NCBI GenBank assembly: GCA_963555825.3
Contig: CAUVXB020000002.1
Location: 160,001-224,000, forward strand
From: Alphaproteobacteria bacterium
Lineage (GTDB): Bacteria > Pseudomonadota > Alphaproteobacteria > JAAXGF01
Length of the DNA stretch: 64,000 nt
Reading direction: 5' to 3'
The position numbers and the translations under genes were made by a program. Below are positions 55,475-64,000 of this stretch, in pieces (within the stretch, counting starts at the first letter, position 1; each line of letters begins with the position of its first letter). The notes beneath the pieces are model-generated. The model saw nothing but the letters and a program-made list of their open reading frames with translations, searched no databases and was not told the origin of the DNA.

Positions 55475-58078
55475 ATGTTCACGATCGTGATCGGCGACGG
55501 ACTGACCAACGAATATCTAAGTCCGGAGGTTCAGTTCCAGACCTGCCCGCTCAACGTCGGCCGCCAAGAGATCGATCGTCTCCTGGGTGCCGGGCCGGAC
55601 TTTGGCAACGGGGTGCTGCCCGAGTTTCTCCGCGAAGCCGCGAGAGTCAGCAAGCACGGCACGAACTCGGCGCTGGTCCTGTTGCGGAGCGCCGAAAGCG
55701 GCATCGGTTCCGATCGGGGAGGCAAGCCTCAGCATGACGGTGGTGGCGACTTCGTAGAGCCGCTGAAGGAGATTGCCGGCGATGCCGAAGTCATCGACAC
55801 GGCGCACCGGGCACTGCCATTGCCGGCGTTCCGCCAAGCCGTCGAGCGCCTCACCGGTTTCGACCCGATGGCGGAGGAAACGGACAGAAACGAATTCCGG
55901 TTTTTGCTTCTCGGCTGCGATACCGAGAATCGCATACTCGCTCTGGCGACCTTCCTGCGAAGCATCCTCGGTTACGCGAAAGTGGCGGTTTCCTCGCATC
56001 TCGTCGGAAGCGCCACGAAGGACGCCCATTTCGCCGCCCTGCGCCATAACTTCCCCAGCGCGGGCATCGAGGTCTTTCTTGACTTGGAAGATGCCGCGCG
56101 CTTCGTCGACATCGATCCGGCCCGTTTCGGCAATTTCACATGCCGGCCGTGCGTCATCGAACCACTCGAAGCTCGGCAAGCTCTTGGCGAGGAGCAGAGA
56201 GCCATCATCGAGTTGCTTTGCATGCACTGGACCCGGACCGATCTGAAGCCGTTACAGGGCGGCTTCAGCGGCAGCCTGCTATTCCTCGCGGACGGTTGGA
56301 AGGACGACGCTCGCACCGAGCCGATGGTGATCAAGATAGACGACTTCGCGCAAATGCGCCGCGAGCTCGAGGGTTACCAGCAGGTATTCGACTTTTTCGG
56401 CAAGCACGTCCCCACCTTCGGCAATCCGGTCGCGGTCGGAGATTACATCGGCATCGCCATGGAACTGGCTGCCATGGAGGGGCGCCCCGAGACCATTCAG
56501 GACAGTTTCGAGCGCGCCGACGGCGAGGCGGACGTCCGCCGTTTCATGGGTCGGCTGGATAAGGCGTTGGAACTGATTACGGACAAGCTCTACCGCAATA
56601 CCCGGACGCTCACGCGGATCGCTCCCTATCGCAGGTTCCATCTTCACACGGATGAACAATTGCAGTGGCTGCGCGAGAATGTCGGCTACATCATGGATTA
56701 CCGTGACGCCGTTGCCGGCAACAGCCCACAGGTGGACTGCGAGACGATCGAGAAGATCCTGAAGTTGATCACCTCGAACGAGGACGCCATCGAAAGCGAA
56801 GCCTGTATCGCCCACGGCGACCTCAACATGAAAAACATCATTTGCGACGAGGTCGACAACATCTGGTTCATCGACTGGACCCACTGCGGTCAGCATCCCG
56901 TGGAAATGGACTTCGCGAAGCTGGAGAACGACATCAAGTTCGTCGCCAGCAAGCAGTTCGACCTGGACGACCTCGTCCGGCTCGAGAAGTTCGAGGAATA
57001 CCTCCTTTCGCACCGCCTGCCGGCCGACGCCAGCAGCCTTCCCGACAACCTGAAATTCGCGAAGTGGGATCTGCGGTTCCGAAAGATTCTGGATACCGTT
57101 CGGAAGATCCGGGAGACTTGTTTTTCCCTGAAGGACGACGAAGACTGGCTTGTCTACCGCACCGCACTGCTCAGGTACGCGCTGCACACGCTCAGCTTCG
57201 ACAAGCGGCGAGACCTGGGCGAATGCGATCTTCCCCAACTCTTGCACGCCCTGTTCTCGATCGACTGCCTGGTCTTCATACTCGTTACCGACGACTTCCA
57301 TCTCAAGATCCGGGGCGAGCGGCCCGACTCTTACCCGCCGAGGCTGCGCGTGCCCATCGACGAGGCCCCCTGGGGCGCCGAATGCCCGGACTACACGCCG
57401 CCGTATCACGTCGACCCGTCGGTTCCGAGCAACGACGGGGCCCAAAATGCGGGCGGCTGGGCCGATCCGGAGGATTTCGAAAAAGCTCAAGAACCCGGCG
57501 AACGGGAAACGGCTGATATTCACGATGCGGCAGGGCGCGCACTCAATCCTCGCGGACGCACCGGGATCGCCGGCCGGGGCCTGCTGGGAAGGTGGGGGGC
57601 CAATTTCATGGTCGGCGCCGTCGTCGTGCGAACCGGCGGCACCGCGGGCGAACTCGACATACTCCTGGGCCGGACCGGGGAAGGCGGTGACCTTTCGCTC
57701 CCGGAAGGCTTCGCTGGGCCTGGGGAAAGCCGCGAAACCGCAATGGCACGCGTCCTTGAAGCCACGACTGGCTGGCGGCCCGAGCCCGGGACCGGAGACG
57801 TCATCTTCGAGGGCTACAGCTATGACGCCCGGCAGACCGATCATGCCTGGATCGATATCCAGGCCCGCCTGTTCCATCTTGGCGACGAATTCGGGCCTTC
57901 CCGTTTTCGCCCGGGCAGTGACTTCGAGGAGGTCGAATGGCGGCGCCTGGACGCCGGGGCCGTAAACCGCCTGCCGTCCAATCAAGCACGTCTGGTCCGC
58001 GAGGCGGTCAAAAGGTTGCGCGATACCGACAGCATCGATCAACAGCTGGCGGTGTCGCTCCTCGCCAAAACGGGGTGA
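55475..58078 (+). CDS. 867-aa fusion: degenerate isochorismatase-like domain + APH/protein-kinase-like domain + NUDT9-homology domain
   Basis: GGGGGA RBS; kinase motifs LQGGFSGS, VIKID, HGDLNMKN, FIDW, DFAKLE; NUDT9 motifs YP.R..VP....PW......Y.P, WADP, NPRGRTG..GRGLLGRWG.N, D.R.TD.AW. Confidence 0.85.
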   Translation: MFTIVIGDGLTNEYLSPEVQFQTCPLNVGRQEIDRLLGAGPDFGNGVLPEFLREAARVSKHGTNSALVLLRSAESGIGSDRGGKPQHDGGGDFVEPLKEIAGDAEVIDTAHRALPLPAFRQAVERLTGFDPMAEETDRNEFRFLLLGCDTENRILALATFLRSILGYAKVAVSSHLVGSATKDAHFAALRHNFPSAGIEVFLDLEDAARFVDIDPARFGNFTCRPCVIEPLEARQALGEEQRAIIELLCMHWTRTDLKPLQGGFSGSLLFLADGWKDDARTEPMVIKIDDFAQMRRELEGYQQVFDFFGKHVPTFGNPVAVGDYIGIAMELAAMEGRPETIQDSFERADGEADVRRFMGRLDKALELITDKLYRNTRTLTRIAPYRRFHLHTDEQLQWLRENVGYIMDYRDAVAGNSPQVDCETIEKILKLITSNEDAIESEACIAHGDLNMKNIICDEVDNIWFIDWTHCGQHPVEMDFAKLENDIKFVASKQFDLDDLVRLEKFEEYLLSHRLPADASSLPDNLKFAKWDLRFRKILDTVRKIRETCFSLKDDEDWLVYRTALLRYALHTLSFDKRRDLGECDLPQLLHALFSIDCLVFILVTDDFHLKIRGERPDSYPPRLRVPIDEAPWGAECPDYTPPYHVDPSVPSNDGAQNAGGWADPEDFEKAQEPGERETADIHDAAGRALNPRGRTGIAGRGLLGRWGANFMVGAVVVRTGGTAGELDILLGRTGEGGDLSLPEGFAGPGESRETAMARVLEATTGWRPEPGTGDVIFEGYSYDARQTDHAWIDIQARLFHLGDEFGPSRFRPGSDFEEVEWRRLDAGAVNRLPSNQARLVREAVKRLRDTDSIDQQLAVSLLAKTG

Positions 58079-58084
58079 GCGCCT

Positions 58085-58999
58085 GTGACACTGACGAAAC
58101 TGGAACGGGCCTGCATCGACGCCCACAGGAAGGGCAACCGAACGGATGCCGCCATCGGCACCCCCGTCGACACGACGGCGTGGCTGCGCTTCGGCTTGAG
58201 CGTGCTGCTCGAGACCGGGCGCATGGTGCGGGGCATGCGCCTTCTGCCCATGGACGCGGCGGTTCAGTTCAAGTCGGACGGCTCGCCGGTCACGGCCCTG
58301 GAGCACCGGATCGAGACCTTCGTTCGTGAGCGCCTGACGGAAATCTGCCCCGAAGCGGGCTTCGTTGGCGAGGAATCCGGCGGCGCCCTGCCGCCCCGGG
58401 GGTATGCCGTCGCGATCGACCCGGTGGACGGCACCTGGTCCCTGGTCAACCGCACGGAAAGCTGCACGACGGGGCTTGCCTTCTTCCACGACGGCGAAGC
58501 ATTTCTGGGCATGGTCCTGAACCCGGCAACCGGAGAGCTTGGCTATGCCGCCAGCGATACCGGGACACGGCTCCTGCAGGTCTCCCTGTTTGGCGAGGAT
58601 GATGCGGCTGTCACGCTTCCCGGCGAGCGGCTTCGGCCACAAACCCTTCTGGTCAATCTCCAGCCCAGCCGGGACGCCCAGGACATGATTGGCGGCTTCT
58701 TCGAGGCATGGCGCGACGGTGGCGTGAACATGGTGAAGCTACCCGGCGGTTCCCCGTTGTGGGCGATGTTGGAAGCCGCGAAGGGAAGCTTCGTCTACGT
58801 CAATCTCTGGTCCAGGCGGGCGGCGCAGGCGTACGACTTGGCAGCCGGGATCATGCTGGTCCGAGGGGCCGGCGGCGACGTAACCGACCTCGCCGGCAAG
58901 CCGATCAAAACGACGGACCACAGGGGCACCTTCGTCGCTGGCATCGACCGGGAAGCGCGCCGCAAGGTCGCGGCCATAGTTCGAAGTTCGGCGGATTAG
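58085..58999 (+). CDS. Inositol monophosphatase (FIG superfamily) protein
   Basis: K.DGSPVT..E, GEE, IDPVDGT, YDLAAG..LV..AGG.VTD. Confidence 0.88.
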   Translation: MTLTKLERACIDAHRKGNRTDAAIGTPVDTTAWLRFGLSVLLETGRMVRGMRLLPMDAAVQFKSDGSPVTALEHRIETFVRERLTEICPEAGFVGEESGGALPPRGYAVAIDPVDGTWSLVNRTESCTTGLAFFHDGEAFLGMVLNPATGELGYAASDTGTRLLQVSLFGEDDAAVTLPGERLRPQTLLVNLQPSRDAQDMIGGFFEAWRDGGVNMVKLPGGSPLWAMLEAAKGSFVYVNLWSRRAAQAYDLAAGIMLVRGAGGDVTDLAGKPIKTTDHRGTFVAGIDREARRKVAAIVRSSAD

Positions 59000-59000
59000 T

Positions 59001-59363
59001 TTGGATTGCCTGGTTCGGAAGGTAACCTATGGCGATGCAACCGGCAAAAGCATCGACGTCGTCAAGCCAGACAAACTCAAACCCGGTGCACGGCTGATCC
59101 GAGAATGGAATGGTCGGACCCATCGCTGGTTCGATGAGTTGGCGAGAGGAGAAGCTGGATCGGCGCGGGAGATTGCACGCCGCGACGGTATCGACGCGAG
59201 CGAAGTCAGCCGTACCACCCAGCTTGCCTTCCTGGCGCCCGATATCGTCGAGGCGACCTTGGCTGGGCATCAACCGGTCGAGTTGACGGCGTGGCACCTC
59301 ACGCGCGGCGTGCTCCTCATCGATTGGCAGCGACAGCGCGGCATCCTCGGCTTCGACGGCTGA
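59001..59363 (+). pseudogene. Deletion chimera: DUF2924-like fragment fused to the C-terminal tail of an island serine-recombinase-type protein
   Basis: PGARLIREWNGRTH joined to RWFDEL..G......IA...G......LAFLAPDIVEA...G.QP....DW..QR..LG. Confidence 0.65.
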
Positions 59364-59546
59364 TCGAGCTGCAAATTGCGCGCCATCATTGACCCAAAGA
59401 ATTGTCCGCGAAACACGCCGATGGAGACTTTCGGGCAAAATTGCCGTCTCTGCACAGCCACCACTACCGGAGAATCGCCCAAAATCGGCGGAAATCGGCC
59501 GGTTCGTGCACCTCGGGGGATGGACACCCGAAGTGCCGAGGGTGGG

Positions 59547-59623
59547 TGGTGGGCCGGGCAGGACTTGAACCTGCGACAACGCCGTTATGAGCGGCGCGTT
59601 CTAACCAACTGAACTACCGGCCC
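59547..59623 (-). tRNA. tRNA with CAT anticodon, most likely tRNA-Ile2 (lysidine)
   Basis: GGGCCGG...CTCATAA...CCGGCCCACCA, 77 nt; paired 1:72 and no initiator GGG/CCC anticodon stem; downstream of rpoD. Confidence 0.92.
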
Positions 59624-59761
59624 GTGTTCAGGCGCCAGAGGGCAGAGAACAAAGATCAGGCCGCGGTACCCCGCACCGTCATCTGATCTCTCGTCGCTAA
59701 TCTCTGAACTTTGATTCTCTCGCCGATCGGCGACGGGATCAAGCGGCGATCGCGACATTCG

Positions 59762-60370
59762 TCACGCCACCTCGCCATAGGGTGGCGCGGGGTCGTATTC
59801 GATGACGCGCTGGATTTCGCGCGCGAAGGCCGGATCGAAGATCTGGCCCAACAGCCAGAGCGCCATGTCGATGCCGGCCGAGACACCCGCCGCGCTGACC
59901 AGGTTGCCGTCCTGCACCCAGCGTTCGCCGTCGACCACCTCGGCCGCCTCGCCCGTGGCGCGCAGCTCGGAAATGGCCGAATGGTACGTCGTGACGCGCT
60001 TGCCCCTGGCCGGCCCGGCGGCGAGCAGCACCCGCGCGCCGGTGCACACCGAGGTGACCCATCGGCAGGACGCCGCGGTCTCGCGGATCCAGTCGAGCAG
60101 TGCCGGATTGGCGATCACCCCGTGGGTCCCCTCGCCGCCCGGCACGACGATGACGTCGATCGCCGGCGCGCTCGCGAGGTCGTGGTCGGCGAGGATGCGC
60201 ATGCCGTTGGCGCAGGTCACGGCGGCGGCCGTCTCGGCCACCGTGAAACAATGCAACGCGTCGGGCCGCGCCGCCTCGGCGACGCGGAAGACCTCCCACG
60301 GACCGACCGCGTCGAGCTCTTCGACACCATCGAACAACAGAATGCCAATAGCGGTGCGCGCGGCGGTCAC
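59762..60370 (-). CDS. DJ-1/PfpI family protein
   Basis: FDGVEELD..GP.EV, VPGG.G, SVCTG, AGVSAGIDMAL, EYDPAPPY. Confidence 0.93.
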   Translation of the reverse strand: MTAARTAIGILLFDGVEELDAVGPWEVFRVAEAARPDALHCFTVAETAAAVTCANGMRILADHDLASAPAIDVIVVPGGEGTHGVIANPALLDWIRETAASCRWVTSVCTGARVLLAAGPARGKRVTTYHSAISELRATGEAAEVVDGERWVQDGNLVSAAGVSAGIDMALWLLGQIFDPAFAREIQRVIEYDPAPPYGEVA

Positions 60371-60400
60371 CGCCTGATCTCCGATACTGCCCGCAACGCC

Positions 60401-60429
60401 GTAGGGGCGGGTTTGAAACCCGCCCCTAC
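60401..60429. repeat. GTAG-type REP-like palindrome / possible terminator after rpoD
   Basis: GTAGGGGCGGGTTT-G-AAACCCGCCCCTAC, perfect 14-bp arms. Confidence 0.75.
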
Positions 60430-60464
60430 ACGATCACGGTTGGCGTGCTGCCCGCGCATTGCCA

Positions 60465-62756
<2,292 letters not shown>

Positions 62757-62816
62757 TCGTTCCCAACCCCCTATGTCTCGAACGCCCCGCCGGCCCTCAC
62801 CCCCTGGCCAGCGTCG

Positions 62817-64000
62817 TCATTCCTCGGATACCAACTCCAGTTCGTCCAGATCGGCCTCGTCGCCGGCGCTCGATTCAATTTGCCGGCCTAGGGCCTTGAT
62901 CCGCTCGAAGGCCTCGTCGGTCATGTTCTCCGCAAATTCCTCTTGGGCGGCGCGCAATTCGGTCCGCAGCGTCACGGCCCGCCTGTGGCGTGCCGAAACA
63001 TGGCGCCATCCCTTTTCGATCTCGGCCAACGGCACCCCCGGTTGCGCGAGTCGGTCGGCAAGGCGTCGTTCCGGCCAATCGGCCAGCGACGACAGGCCTT
63101 CGGCCAATGTCGCGCAACCCTGGCCAGAGAGGTGGCGTTTCAAGACCGCCGTGTCAAGCCCGGCGTCGTCATGCGCGATATTCAAAATGGCGCCGCGCAG
63201 CGCGTCGAGATCGCGGTCCCGGATTTCGAGCGCGGCGAATTCCTCCTCGACGGTGGCGAGCAGTTCAGGGTGGCCGACAACCATCGCCACCAGGAGTCGC
63301 TCGCGCCGCTCGCTCGAACCGTCGGTGCCACTGCCCAGCCAGTCGCTCATCGGCGGTTCGGGCAGAACCGGCGCGAAGCCCCGCCGTCGTGGCTCGCCGG
63401 GGCGGCGCTGGCCGTCCGAGCGTTCTGTGCGCCGGGCTCGGAAGATGTCCCACAGGCGGTCCTTGAAGTGTCGTTCGTAGTGGCTTCGCACCGTGCCGTC
63501 GCTAATTTCGCGCGCGAAGCCAAGCAAACGCGCCTCGCAATCGGCGCGCCGTTCCGGCGTGTCGATCGGTCGACCCGCCAGCACCATGTCAGTCAACAGA
63601 TCGGCCAGCGGCTGCGCCGCGGTGACCAGATCGCGGAACGCCTTGGCGCCGCGTTTGGCGATAATGCTGTCCGGATCGTCGCCTGGCGGCAGCGCGACGA
63701 AGCGCAGCGAACGCCCGGGACCGAGCAGTGGCAACGCGCGTTCGGCGGCGCGCCAAGCCGCTTTCCTGCCCGCCTCGTCACCGTCGAAACAGATGATCGG
63801 CTCGGGCGCGAGTCCCCAGAGCTCCCGGATTTGCGTCTCGGTCAGCGCCGTGCCCAGCGGCGCCACCGTGTTTTCGAAGCCCGCGCGGTGCAGTGCGATG
63901 ACGTCGGTATAGCCTTCGCAGACGACCACCTCGCGCGCTTCGCGCGCCGCCTTGCGCGCCATAGCGTGGCCATAGACCAGCGCGCCCTTGTGGAACAGCG
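62817..64000 (-). CDS. dnaG: DNA primase (5' part outside window)
   Basis: TOPRIM motifs CEGYTDVI, APLGTALT, CFDGDEAG, DPDS; upstream of rpoD. Confidence 0.96.
   Translation of the reverse strand, partial: LFHKGALVYGHAMARKAAREAREVVVCEGYTDVIALHRAGFENTVAPLGTALTETQIRELWGLAPEPIICFDGDEAGRKAAWRAAERALPLLGPGRSLRFVALPPGDDPDSIIAKRGAKAFRDLVTAAQPLADLLTDMVLAGRPIDTPERRADCEARLLGFAREISDGTVRSHYERHFKDRLWDIFRARRTERSDGQRRPGEPRRRGFAPVLPEPPMSDWLGSGTDGSSERRERLLVAMVVGHPELLATVEEEFAALEIRDRDLDALRGAILNIAHDDAGLDTAVLKRHLSGQGCATLAEGLSSLADWPERRLADRLAQPGVPLAEIEKGWRHVSARHRRAVTLRTELRAAQEEFAENMTDEAFERIKALGRQIESSAGDEADLDELELVSEE

Noticed and set aside
56279-58642. 787-aa antisense ORF and similar long antisense ORFs elsewhere
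   Set aside because: Mirror frames of motif-bearing genes, expected at high GC

Overview
GC-rich alphaproteobacterial chromosomal window (inferred from the 16S-tRNA-Ile-tRNA-Ala-23S operon, RpoH-type sigma factor and gene content). Left: an rRNA operon on the minus strand, with a structured ~170-nt intervening sequence in the 23S gene. Next come a Cys-rich MarR / RpoH-like sigma / rhodanese module and a decaying lipid-linked glycosylation cluster (two GT2, an STT3/AglB-like GT-C protein, a GT-C pseudogene, a GT4 fragment). About one third of the window (~20 kb by my boundary calls) is insertion sequence from at least eight families, often nested, and most target-site duplications (TSDs) can be read directly. 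Middle: a DUF6969-like gene, a small secreted (NPC)n Cys-rich peptide gene split by two stacked ISs, panB, histidine utilisation genes (hutU, IS-broken hutI, hutF, hutH) and two MttB-family methyltransferase paralogs. Right: a tRNA-Ile(CAU)-adjacent island remnant, then DJ-1/PfpI, rpoD with tandem repeats, and partial dnaG. The best candidate for an undescribed system is in that island: an 867-aa fusion of a degenerate isochorismatase/nicotinamidase fold, an APH-like kinase and a NUDT9-homology domain whose Nudix box is degenerate in the way TRPM2's is. It is followed by an inositol-monophosphatase-family gene and is divergent from an RCK-domain cation:proton antiporter. Other strong observations: an IS inserted twice at the same offset within IS256-type terminal repeats; an IS1380 end supplying an in-frame replacement start codon to the peptide gene; an IS3-like element with 14-bp TSDs; and an IS1595 mini-element built from two left ends. 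All family assignments come from motif recognition by eye, not from database searches.
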